Below are positions 55,143 through 63,962 of a DNA stretch of 64,000 nucleotides, in pieces. The notes below the pieces were generated by a model that saw only the letters and a program-made list of their open reading frames with translations, did not search any database and was not told the DNA's origin. Each line of letters opens with the position of its first letter. Within the stretch, counting starts at the first letter, position 1. Source of the DNA: a virus (Duplodnaviria; Caudoviricetes). The position numbers and the translations under genes were made by a program. The stretch is from positions 192,001-256,000 of the IMG/VR virus record IMGVR_UViG_3300046522_000316; one strand, written 5' to 3'.

Positions 55143-55494
55143 CTTTTTTCACTTCCATTTCGGCAAGAATCATTTCGACCAATTTTACGGGCGCAGGGTG
55201 CCACATAATGGTCATCATCAGTTCGAAGTTCGAAGTCCAAACTTTTTGTACGACGCCACCTTCGCCTTCGACGTATTGAACTTGATCTACTTTTTGCAAC
55301 ATTTCCCACGCAGCTTTCCGCACAGCTAATGCCGTACCTTCCAGTCGCGCAGCCAACACCACGACCAGCAGTGCATGCCGGTAATCGTGCAGGATTTTCG
55401 GAGGGTCAGGTTTCTTTGGAAAAATAACAAAGTGAACATGGTACGCAATTGAAGTGCGTGCAAACGGCGCCTTAAACTTTATCACTTCCCGCAT
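55057..55494 (-). CDS. Hypothetical protein
   Basis: ORF track. Confidence 0.55.
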   Translation of the reverse strand: MREVIKFKAPFARTSIAYHVHFVIFPKKPDPPKILHDYRHALLVVVLAARLEGTALAVRKAAWEMLQKVDQVQYVEGEGGVVQKVWTSNFELMMTIMWHPAPVKLVEMILAEMEVKKDEPVESEFEPERKSRRARSNSKKRKQSA

Positions 55495-55780
55495 TTACTG
55501 CACTCGCCTTATCGTCGAACAACTTCCACAGCGCATGAAAATCCGTGTCTTCCTGCGCGGCCCTTGTTTGGTTAAGTGCGGCACGGATCGTTTCGTGATC
55601 CACGCCATCCAGATATTTAATGATCGCCACTTCTAGCCGGTGAAGGCCGTTGGCTTTTTTGCAGAAATCGGAATTCATTTTCTGCACTGTTTGATCGTGG
55701 CCCGCCGCGTAATGCTTTTCACCCGTGGCGTTCGCACGTGAACCGTTGCTGCGTTTCCTTTTAGCGGGCATCTGTTCCAT
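55472..55780 (-). CDS. Hypothetical protein
   Basis: gagg RBS. Confidence 0.55.
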   Translation of the reverse strand: MEQMPAKRKRSNGSRANATGEKHYAAGHDQTVQKMNSDFCKKANGLHRLEVAIIKYLDGVDHETIRAALNQTRAAQEDTDFHALWKLFDDKASAVNAGSDKV

Positions 55781-55783
55781 GGC

Positions 55784-56203
55784 TTACGCCTCGGACGGAA
55801 TCGGATACGGCAGGCCCATGCGACCTTTGAAAATCGGCATGTTCAGAGCGACAAGCGCATTCAGAACTTTCACCGTTTCATCTGGATCGCAATGGCAGGA
55901 ATGTTTCAGTTGAACCAGTGAACCGTCCGCATTTTCGCGATAGATGAAACGTGCGCTTTCACGCCAGCGGCCCGGCACCATCGTGTACAGGCGGTCGCCC
56001 ATTGCATCATGCGGCGCCAATTTACGTTCAACACGCAGCATGAAATACATTTCGGATTCGATGTTCATGCGCAACACAAACGCTTCGATATCTTCGGCTT
56101 TATCCAGCTTGAAGGATTTGATCAACATATCCAAAGCTTCGTACTTGTAGAAGCCGAGAATCAAACGACCGTGACCTTTCGGGATTTCAGGAATCGGAAT
56201 CAT
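55784..56203 (-). CDS. Hypothetical protein
   Basis: ggagg RBS. Confidence 0.65.
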   Translation of the reverse strand: MIPIPEIPKGHGRLILGFYKYEALDMLIKSFKLDKAEDIEAFVLRMNIESEMYFMLRVERKLAPHDAMGDRLYTMVPGRWRESARFIYRENADGSLVQLKHSCHCDPDETVKVLNALVALNMPIFKGRMGLPYPIPSEA

Positions 56204-56205
56204 GC

Positions 56206-56781
56206 TTAGGCCTCCGCGTTGTTGGTCAGGGTGTGCAGCAAACCTTCGGCTTTCAGTTTGCGAATTTCACTGAGGGATTTTCCGTACTTCGCCGCCAGTT
56301 CTTTCACTGTACCTTCGGGCGCCGGTAGGTGCTGGCTGTTGAATTGCTGGCGAGACGCACGCACCGCGTTATCCTTGGCAAGTGCTTGGCGAGCGCCGCT
56401 TGCCCGTTGGTTGCGAAATTCCACAGTCGCCGGAATATCCACGATCTTTTTCATGGCGATAGCCACAGGTTTCAGCGATTCGAAATCTATATGCGCGTGA
56501 TCTTTTTCCGACAGGCCTTTAATGTGAAGCGCAGCCTTTGCCTTGATCAATTCCAGCGGTTTCGTGATTTCTGCACCGAACGCCAGCAACGCGTCCATGG
56601 TGTTATGCGGGTTGATGTGGCGACCGTTCAACGCGTAGTAAATCGCCAGACGGATATCCGCGTCGGTCACGCCCTGTACGATCATGTCTGCGAAGTAGAA
56701 GCGGCCTTCGAAAATGTCCATGAACATTACGAAGCCTGCGTCTGTACGTTGTTTTGCAACTGCTTCCAAATCTCGGCTCAT
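56206..56781 (-). CDS. Hypothetical protein with C-terminal HTH
   Basis: GTVKELAAKYGKSLSEIRKLK. Confidence 0.65.
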   Translation of the reverse strand: MSRDLEAVAKQRTDAGFVMFMDIFEGRFYFADMIVQGVTDADIRLAIYYALNGRHINPHNTMDALLAFGAEITKPLELIKAKAALHIKGLSEKDHAHIDFESLKPVAIAMKKIVDIPATVEFRNQRASGARQALAKDNAVRASRQQFNSQHLPAPEGTVKELAAKYGKSLSEIRKLKAEGLLHTLTNNAEA

Positions 56782-57149
56782 TAAAAAATCTCGATATCGT
56801 GAATGTATTCTTCGCCCGCCAAGTGCTGTTTGAGAATATGATAAAGCACAGGCAGCATTTCAGGTTTCTTGAAAATCGGAGGGCAGCACATCGGCAGAAT
56901 GTACGCCGGTTTACTTCCGTTAAAGGCCCACGTGTGAATCACAGCCCAGTGAGAAAAACGCAGGTCGCCAACATGCGCACGAAATGCAGAAACTTTCGCT
57001 TCTGCTTCTTTCGTTCTGCGATCAAGTGTATCGCTGCGCATGTTGCCCGGAATCCTCAACAGGCATTGGTAATCATCAATTGCAGCCTTGCCCTTTTGCA
57101 TCTGCTCAACTGTGATGTGATTACCGTAAGAAATGCCTGTGCGATCCAT
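56781..57149 (-). CDS. Hypothetical protein
   Basis: gggga RBS. Confidence 0.6.
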   Translation of the reverse strand: MDRTGISYGNHITVEQMQKGKAAIDDYQCLLRIPGNMRSDTLDRRTKEAEAKVSAFRAHVGDLRFSHWAVIHTWAFNGSKPAYILPMCCPPIFKKPEMLPVLYHILKQHLAGEEYIHDIEIF

Positions 57150-57152
57150 GGT

Positions 57153-57896
57153 TTATTCCCCGTGGTGTTCTTTGCTAACCTGCTCGGTGATAACTTGCAG
57201 TGCTTCCGGCGTCACGTGTACGTCGTGTGCAGTGTAGAAATCCAACACGTTGCCTTCCAGAATCTGGATGAACAATTGATGCACGGCGCTGATATAAATG
57301 TTGCGCACATCATGGCTAGGCAACACCGATTCCATCTTCACGCTATCGCCGCCCGGCGCTTCGTAAAAGAAAGCGGTTTGCTGCGTGTAAATCGGATCTT
57401 CGCCGGTCAAATCAATTCCGATATCGAAATTGTCGAAAGCGGTTTCCAAAATACGTTTTGCCATCTTGCCCGTCAGGTACGGCAGATCGGGTTTGCCTTT
57501 CGGATCGACCTCAGCCCGCAGATGGAATTGCAGCGAATCGCCGTCACGATCAGCCACGTATTCGATTTCGAGTTCCAGACCGTGAACGCTTTCCGTGGTG
57601 CGTACTTCGTTGAGTTCTGCCAGCAGCGGCGAAATCTCACGACGCACCACATCAGTGACCAAAGCCACGGGGTCAATGCGATCCACAATTTGTTTGACCA
57701 GCGAATCGCCAGACAGCCCCAGCAACGAAATAGGAAACTTCATTTCCATTCGGCTGAGAATTGCGTGACTGTCCATCACGTTGGTGTCGATGCGTTTGGT
57801 TTCCAGCTTCGGTTTACGAACACGCGGTTTCGGCGGGTTCTTTTTCAGGGAAGCTTTTGCTTTTTTGTCTTCGTCTTTCTTTTTCTTCGTAGCCAT
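57153..57896 (-). CDS. Hypothetical protein with basic N-terminal tail
   Basis: TAATG coupling; MATKKKKDEDKKAK. Confidence 0.65.
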   Translation of the reverse strand: MATKKKKDEDKKAKASLKKNPPKPRVRKPKLETKRIDTNVMDSHAILSRMEMKFPISLLGLSGDSLVKQIVDRIDPVALVTDVVRREISPLLAELNEVRTTESVHGLELEIEYVADRDGDSLQFHLRAEVDPKGKPDLPYLTGKMAKRILETAFDNFDIGIDLTGEDPIYTQQTAFFYEAPGGDSVKMESVLPSHDVRNIYISAVHQLFIQILEGNVLDFYTAHDVHVTPEALQVITEQVSKEHHGE

Positions 57897-59095
57897 TATT
57901 TCACCCATACCCAGTCTTTAAGTTTCGCATCCCACATTTTCGTATTGGCGGGAGTCATGCGAATGAGGTTCATGTTTTTGTATACGCCCCAGCCGCCTTT
58001 GGCAAAATTCACAACCCATGGCGATGTGCTGGTGGCGCGCACGTACAATTTACGGACTTTCAAACGATCCGCACCGGTACGGTCGATGCAAATCAGCTGG
58101 CGTTGAATCTCAACTACGCCAGTTTTCAAACGAGTCAGAATCTGGATGTTGTAGCACCCATTTTCCAATTCGAGTTTTGGCAATTCACTCGGTTTGTAGC
58201 GCGGATAATTCGCGATGATTACTCGCGACTCCGATGCCCCCGCGTGAATGTATTCGTCGTTGCTCATGCCGCTGTACAGGAAGTGATCCCCGTACCACGT
58301 GCGCAGGAATCCAACGTTAACCGGCGTGCGGTCAAAGTTGCCGCTGAAGTACGCGCCGTATTCTGCCACCAGTTGGTTTGCCGAACGGAAGAACGCGCCG
58401 TATTGCCCATTTGCAGCGGTGTTCACATCGGGAATATCCGGCCCGTGGTCGGTGATCAGAATCACACCGTTACCGGCCTCACGATACGCCACCATTGCCG
58501 CCACGCCTTGCGGTGTGAAACGCCCGGTTGCTGTCGTGTAATCAGACGACATATGCAGCACTGCGCAATACTGGTCGAGTTCCGCGAACGTCGGGTTCAG
58601 CGTGCCGCTGTAGTCCGCACGGTCTTTGAAAATCGGATTGTAGCCAGCGATTGCAAACAGATTCGCAAACGACGTGTAGAAGCCCGTAGGCGCCCCGGAC
58701 TTAATCGGGTAGGCCTCGGCTGCAACAGCATCGCCCAAGATCAGCACGTTGCGATTGCCCGCGTTAACTTTCGCTTTGTTGCTCACGAAATTCAGCGCGT
58801 TGTACAAATATTTAAACGCACCAGTCAGCCCGGCGAAACCGACGTTAGCGGCTGGCGCGTAGATGTTGTAAAACTTCGGAAAACCACCGTCATATACAAC
58901 GTTGCCGCGCCCGTCCTGCGTCACCGCAATAAATGGGTTTGCAGGATTGAGCGTATCGTAGGCAACGTATTCGGAAAGCGTCGGCATCAATCCGTTAACA
59001 GTGAACATAACGAAATCGACGCTCTGGCTCGCTTGCCAGTCAACGGTTTGGCGAGTGGTGTACGTGCCCGCCAAGTGATCGAGATTTACATGCAT
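57896..59095 (-). CDS. Putative virion/tail-associated protein with GATase-like (class I glutamine amidotransferase-like) fold
   Basis: FIAVTQDGRGNVVYDGGFPKFYN; LDQY.AV.....G..A..AY..AG.G.ILITDH; structural-type codon and amino-acid bias. Confidence 0.55.
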   Translation of the reverse strand: MHVNLDHLAGTYTTRQTVDWQASQSVDFVMFTVNGLMPTLSEYVAYDTLNPANPFIAVTQDGRGNVVYDGGFPKFYNIYAPAANVGFAGLTGAFKYLYNALNFVSNKAKVNAGNRNVLILGDAVAAEAYPIKSGAPTGFYTSFANLFAIAGYNPIFKDRADYSGTLNPTFAELDQYCAVLHMSSDYTTATGRFTPQGVAAMVAYREAGNGVILITDHGPDIPDVNTAANGQYGAFFRSANQLVAEYGAYFSGNFDRTPVNVGFLRTWYGDHFLYSGMSNDEYIHAGASESRVIIANYPRYKPSELPKLELENGCYNIQILTRLKTGVVEIQRQLICIDRTGADRLKVRKLYVRATSTSPWVVNFAKGGWGVYKNMNLIRMTPANTKMWDAKLKDWVWVK

Positions 59096-59104
59096 GGGAA
59101 ACCT

Positions 59105-59422
59105 TTAGGAATTTGGTCGGTAGTCTTTATCCGGCCAATGTCCACATTCGACCATCGCGTCTGACCACTGATAATGGCAGAAGCTGGTGACGCACGAATC
59201 AAAAACCGAACAGAGTTCATCGAACGTTTCGATTTCATGCGAGCCATAACGCGTGTCGATGAACAGCGTGCCACCTTTCGTGGTGTACGCACTCATGTGA
59301 GACTTTGCGCCAGTATTGAGTTCGTAAGTAAAACGGGATTTTTCTTTGTCGTATCCGAGGGTGATTTCTACGCCGAGTTTAACCAGCTGTTCAACCAACG
59401 GATGGAGGGGTTTCGTCTTCAT
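59105..59422 (-). CDS. Hypothetical protein
   Basis: ORF track. Confidence 0.65.
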   Translation of the reverse strand: MKTKPLHPLVEQLVKLGVEITLGYDKEKSRFTYELNTGAKSHMSAYTTKGGTLFIDTRYGSHEIETFDELCSVFDSCVTSFCHYQWSDAMVECGHWPDKDYRPNS

Positions 59423-59867
59423 GTTCTTTACCTTTACAGTTATCGTCAGGCTCAGATATTTTTGGTCGTTGTGCTTCGAGGTCGCGGATTTTATTCAGCT
59501 TTATGGCCCGCACTCGTTGCGATGTGGTCATCAGGATTTCTTCGACCACACGATTACCCGGCGAATGATATTGAGCGTGCTGTTTACCGTCACGGGTCAA
59601 CGGCACACCGTATTCGCTGAAAACGCCTTTTTGAATTCCGTTCACATCGTGCATGCGCCAACGGATATTTTTGTGATTGATTTTTTCTTGCGTGATCGCC
59701 AACCGAAATGCGTCGAAGGCAATCTCGTTTGCGATGTGGATCGTTTCATGTGCGTCGGGCGCAAAGTAACGCGACGGGAGCGAAAGCGCCTCGCCATCCG
59801 AAAGTGCGTACACTGCGTATTCCGCTTCGTCTAACGATCCGGGCAGGTGCAAGTGGACTGTAATCAC
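59391..59867 (-). CDS. Hypothetical protein
   Basis: GTG start with ggag RBS. Confidence 0.6.
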   Translation of the reverse strand: MITVHLHLPGSLDEAEYAVYALSDGEALSLPSRYFAPDAHETIHIANEIAFDAFRLAITQEKINHKNIRWRMHDVNGIQKGVFSEYGVPLTRDGKQHAQYHSPGNRVVEEILMTTSQRVRAIKLNKIRDLEAQRPKISEPDDNCKGKEHEDETPPSVG

Positions 59868-60431
59868 GTTGGATAAACTCCACGTTCAGGAAATATTCCG
59901 CATCGTGTACGTCGTGAAACACCACGCGTTTACTCACAATGCCGTGTTGATAAAAGTCTACGGTGAATTTCCGGCGTTTGCCTTTCACGTGTTCGGAGAC
60001 TCTGATATTTTTCTCTGAATCGCTGATAAAGATTTCGTGCAGGTACTCGCCACGACTCAAGCGATACAGCGAATAAGATGCTTCACGCGGTCGGTCATTG
60101 TGGTGAACAATCCGCGCCACTCGAAGGAATTCTGATTTTCGGAACAGGGGCCACAATCCCCGTTTTTTGTTTTGCTCTGTCGCCGCTGGATGGTGCGTAG
60201 CATGCACAGCAGATCCTCCTTCTTGGACTCGCTGTAACTTTTTGCAAGTCCTGTATTCAAATTACGCAAAACGAAGCTTTTACGATATTCAATCAGCACG
60301 TAATAAATCGGACGCTGATCCGAGCCGCGTGCCTTGAAAGAAAATTCGAGCGTTCCCTCGCCACGCGATTGCACTACTTTGTACTCAGGCAGTGCAGCGC
60401 GCAAATCCGATACAATTTTCGACCACAACAT
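59746..60431 (-). CDS. Two overlapping frames (60057-60431 and 59746-60207), possibly one gene joined by a -1 frameshift
   Basis: An in-frame A_AAA_AAC heptamer at 60162-60168 links the frames. Confidence 0.45.
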
Positions 60432-60459
60432 TTTTCAGAAATCCTTTTCTCAGTTTGGG

Positions 60460-60786
60460 TTAGAGGCTACGCGGAATGCCAGCCGATTCTTCGGCCTGTG
60501 CAATGATTTCCTGCGTCAGGCTACGGATGGCAGTTTTGCGAACGGTGAAACAGAAAACATCGTTCGCGCTGAATTCGCCGTTTGCCAGTTTGTCTTCCAG
60601 CACTTCGGCGCCCCGGCGAATTACTTCCACCAGCGGGTCAGGAATGTAGGTGCCTGCTGCGTCGAACATTTGCAGCGTATTTGCCAGCGCAATATCAGTG
60701 CTGTTCATGCCGCCGCCAGCGCGTGGCCCGGTGACGTTTACTTCTGCCACGTATTGGTCTTCGTAGCGAATGCTTTTATCGTTCAT
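60460..60786 (-). CDS. Hypothetical protein
   Basis: gagg RBS. Confidence 0.65.
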   Translation of the reverse strand: MNDKSIRYEDQYVAEVNVTGPRAGGGMNSTDIALANTLQMFDAAGTYIPDPLVEVIRRGAEVLEDKLANGEFSANDVFCFTVRKTAIRSLTQEIIAQAEESAGIPRSL

Positions 60787-60793
60787 ACAGACC

Positions 60794-61606
60794 TCAATGA
60801 ATGTGGTGATTAGGGACGTTCAGACGCACCACAGTACGCGTGCAATCGCGCAGCACTGGTAACGACTCATGCACGAACGTAACGTTGCCTGCGTAGGCCG
60901 TGTGGGCGTCTAGAATGACTTCCTGCATATGGCTGAAATCCAGATGCGAAACATCGCCACCGGGCAACACCAAACCTTCCCATTCGCCAAGCAACGCACG
61001 ACTGGCCGAAATGTCAGAAGCCAAAATAATCGCTTCCGGTCTATCGTTCAAATCGAACTCCCAACTACTACCCGGAACATCCCATTGGTCGCTCGCCTTT
61101 TTCGTCGGGTTGCGAGTGTCGTAGTTTTTGCGTGGCGTTTTGTGCGGCTTGCCAAGATCGCCACGTTCTTTTTTGCGGGTTTCTTCCTCACGCTTGCGGC
61201 GCTGATATTCCTCTTCGGAAATATAACCGTGCCCATCGCGACGACGACCAACATCGGAATGACTTCCACGTGGGGCATGACGACCACTAGGCATACCGCC
61301 GTGTGCAGAAATTGCGTTCCACGGTTTTTGTCCATCGTTCCACGCGCCCGCAGGATTCCAATAACCATCAACATGCAGGCCGGGGCGACGATGCGTTGTG
61401 GTGGCCGCAACAAACTTCTGATCAACCATCAAATAAATCGGGCCGTCAGTATCCACGCCGACCAACATTTGATCGACGGTTTGTTGCCAGCGTTTCAGGT
61501 CTTCAGGCAGACCAGTTTCCAAACGAAATTCACGCATGTAAATTCGTTCTGCTGTGTACGCCGGAAAATCAACCGGGCCAACTTTCTGCATAACCGACTG
61601 CAACAT
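60794..61606 (-). CDS. 2OG-Fe(II) dioxygenase-like protein
   Basis: RRPGLHVDG (HxD)...VHES.P....R.VVR (distal His and 2OG-binding Arg). Confidence 0.75.
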   Translation of the reverse strand: MLQSVMQKVGPVDFPAYTAERIYMREFRLETGLPEDLKRWQQTVDQMLVGVDTDGPIYLMVDQKFVAATTTHRRPGLHVDGYWNPAGAWNDGQKPWNAISAHGGMPSGRHAPRGSHSDVGRRRDGHGYISEEEYQRRKREEETRKKERGDLGKPHKTPRKNYDTRNPTKKASDQWDVPGSSWEFDLNDRPEAIILASDISASRALLGEWEGLVLPGGDVSHLDFSHMQEVILDAHTAYAGNVTFVHESLPVLRDCTRTVVRLNVPNHHIH

Positions 61607-61929
61607 TATTTCTTCCTCGACTGCTTACGCATTTTCTTTTTCACTTTACGCGCTGCACGTTTGATGGCCGCAAACGGTTGACCGTGGCCGCTGGTACGCA
61701 CGCCGTCAGAACGCCCGCCTGAATAGCTCAGGCCACCGAACGGCAAATGGGTACGTGGTTCCGTGTCTTCGGTGCGTGGTGGCGTCGGGTGCATTGCAGC
61801 AGCCGTTGCCATTGCCATAGCCAGCATACGCAAATGACCACTACGCCCGCCGCTGGTTGTGGTGCGGATAATTTCGATGCCGTCCGGATACTTTTGGACA
61901 GGCACGTCGCCTTGAATTTCATTTTGCAT
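61606..61929 (-). CDS. Small protein with basic C-terminal tail
   Basis: Ends AAIKRAARKVKKKMRKQSRKK. Confidence 0.6.
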   Translation of the reverse strand: MQNEIQGDVPVQKYPDGIEIIRTTTSGGRSGHLRMLAMAMATAAAMHPTPPRTEDTEPRTHLPFGGLSYSGGRSDGVRTSGHGQPFAAIKRAARKVKKKMRKQSRKK

Positions 61930-62346
61930 TTAGCGAATTCCGACAGAAGTTTGAGAAACAATCACGGTGTAGGTGCGCGTAGACTGATCCGCCATCAGGG
62001 CCTTGGCTTGTTCGTTCGCAATTACTTCGTCGCGGTAATGAATTGCACGACTGCCGACTTTCGTGGTGCCTACAGAATCCAGCGCAATCACCGCCACATA
62101 TTCCATGGAACGGTTTTCGCGGATCATGTAGAGAAATTCGGTGCCCGGTTGAAGTTCGCCGCGTTCAACAGCTTCGAAGCCGGGACTAGCTGGCGCAGCC
62201 GTCCACACCTTCGCAAAAGCTTCTGCGGTTTCTTTGTTGGGAAAGCTCAACGCCTCCTGATCAAGTGTTACCATAAGCACTTTGCCATCGGGGCAAATCA
62301 TGCCGACAAAACCACCAGATTTTTTATTGCGAATTACGAATCCCAT
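61930..62346 (-). CDS. Hypothetical protein
   Basis: TAATG coupling. Confidence 0.65.
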   Translation of the reverse strand: MGFVIRNKKSGGFVGMICPDGKVLMVTLDQEALSFPNKETAEAFAKVWTAAPASPGFEAVERGELQPGTEFLYMIRENRSMEYVAVIALDSVGTTKVGSRAIHYRDEVIANEQAKALMADQSTRTYTVIVSQTSVGIR

Positions 62347-62990
62347 TATTTCCGTTTCCCTTCTGCGTCAAACATTACGACTGCAACCACGCCGTAGCGC
62401 GTCGATTGCGGGCCGCGTAAAGAATCGCGAACCTCTTCGGCCAGTTTCCGGCCCGTGGTCAGCATTGCTTTTTGAATGTCGGTGCTGGTGCGAATATCGG
62501 GGCCAACCAACGCCGTGATGTAACGGTTCGTGTGGTTGTCGCTGATCGCGTAAACGTTAATGTCTTCCGTCGGCGGCACGTCCACATTAATTGGCGTGAT
62601 GTGCTTCCAGAAAATGTATTCCAGCGCGTCGGTTGAGGCCACACGAATATAGCCATTGCGCGGCAAAGATTCTTGCAGGATTGGCGAATGCACTTGATCG
62701 ACAAACACCGCGTGATAACCGAGGACAGTTGCGCGATTCTCCAGCCACGAAAGCAGCGTGCGGAAAAACCCCTGATTACGCAATCTTTCTGCAACGTCAA
62801 TCGACGCCACGGATATTGCAGGAATGAACATACGGCCTTCAGGCTCCAGACGACGCCCGGCGCGCAGGTAAATTCGGAACTGCGAACATTTAAATTCTTC
62901 CGAACGTGGAATTTGTGAATCGACTTGCGCAGCTAGCCAATCCGCGATTGCGTCCATGGCGGGGCCAGCATTATCTTTTTTCGCTTTCAT
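62346..62990 (-). CDS. GNAT-fold acetyltransferase-like protein with extra C-terminal domain
   Basis: VASIDVAERLRNQGFFRTLL (motif A)...RNGY. Confidence 0.7.
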   Translation of the reverse strand: MKAKKDNAGPAMDAIADWLAAQVDSQIPRSEEFKCSQFRIYLRAGRRLEPEGRMFIPAISVASIDVAERLRNQGFFRTLLSWLENRATVLGYHAVFVDQVHSPILQESLPRNGYIRVASTDALEYIFWKHITPINVDVPPTEDINVYAISDNHTNRYITALVGPDIRTSTDIQKAMLTTGRKLAEEVRDSLRGPQSTRYGVVAVVMFDAEGKRK

Positions 62991-63547
62991 AACTTACCTG
63001 CCTTTTTCGCGGCCAAGAATTGTTTTCGGAATGCCTGTTTACGGCGCGTCTGGATAATTCGAATTGCTCGCCAGCGATCAATAAAAAGCTCGCCGGTCTT
63101 TTCGCGGATTTCCCGCGATGCTCGTTGTATTTCCACTTCGCCAAAAGTATTGTCCGGCACATAAATAAAATGCCGTTCGAAGAAATCCAAGGAACCCGGA
63201 TAACCCTGCTCGCCCTGAATAACCCGGTTGCCGAAGTTCTCCAGTTCACGCAGTCGTTTCAGCATGGCAGTAGCAACGCCCTTACGGCGCTTTGTAGGCG
63301 TCACGTAGAACTGCACATAGCAGCGCTTAGGTTCGAACAGAATGCAGCCCACAGGCCAGCTTAGTTTCGGCCCGCCCCATGCAACGATGATCATCACTTC
63401 CCGGCGCCAATCTTTGCCGGTGCGTGCGACACGTTCCCATGAATCTTGCAGATGGCCGCTTTCCTCGAACATGCGTTCCCTGCTCATGATTCCGGCGATT
63501 TCTTTTAACGCAGTTTCACCAGTGTACGAATGACAAGCCAATTTCAT
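62987..63547 (-). CDS. GNAT acetyltransferase
   Basis: FYVTPTKRRKGVATAML (R/QxxGxA)...SLDFFER. Confidence 0.8.
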   Translation of the reverse strand: MKLACHSYTGETALKEIAGIMSRERMFEESGHLQDSWERVARTGKDWRREVMIIVAWGGPKLSWPVGCILFEPKRCYVQFYVTPTKRRKGVATAMLKRLRELENFGNRVIQGEQGYPGSLDFFERHFIYVPDNTFGEVEIQRASREIREKTGELFIDRWRAIRIIQTRRKQAFRKQFLAAKKAGKL

Positions 63548-63720
63548 TTGCGGCCCTTACGCTGCGCACGCAACGCTGCACGTTTCTTTTTGGAAGGCAC
63601 GCACACTTTGCGTGGGTCTTCTTTCCGGTCTTTCGGATTGCTACGCAGGATCGGCCCCAGTTGTGTACCGAGGCGAATGCTGCGCGCAATCATGTCATCA
63701 ACGAAATATCGGTCAGGCAT
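63544..63720 (-). CDS. Small basic protein (58 aa, not in ORF track)
   Basis: MPDRYFVDDMIARSIRLGTQLGPILRSNPKDRKEDPRKVCVPSKKKRAALRAQRKGRK; coupled at both ends (ATGA overlaps). Confidence 0.6.
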   Translation of the reverse strand: MPDRYFVDDMIARSIRLGTQLGPILRSNPKDRKEDPRKVCVPSKKKRAALRAQRKGRK

Positions 63721-63962
63721 CATTTCTTCTTAGCCCGTGCTTGTTTGCGCGCTTTCTTTTCGAGTTTACGCTTGGCTTTCTTTTTCTTCGCCGCTGCAAT
63801 TTCGTGCGGCCAGATCGGTTCCGGGGCGCGACTCAAATAACCAGAATGAGGTTTGCCCGGCGTGAGAAACAGCGTACCGGTATTTCCAGTCAGCCGGTCG
63901 AACACAGTCGGGTTTTCGTTGCGGTCACTCATTAGCGCATTGCGCAATCCTTGATCCATCAT
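63720..63962 (-). CDS. Small protein with basic C-terminal tail
   Basis: Ends KKKKAKRKLEKKARKQARAKKK; gaggg RBS. Confidence 0.6.
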   Translation of the reverse strand: MMDQGLRNALMSDRNENPTVFDRLTGNTGTLFLTPGKPHSGYLSRAPEPIWPHEIAAAKKKKAKRKLEKKARKQARAKKK

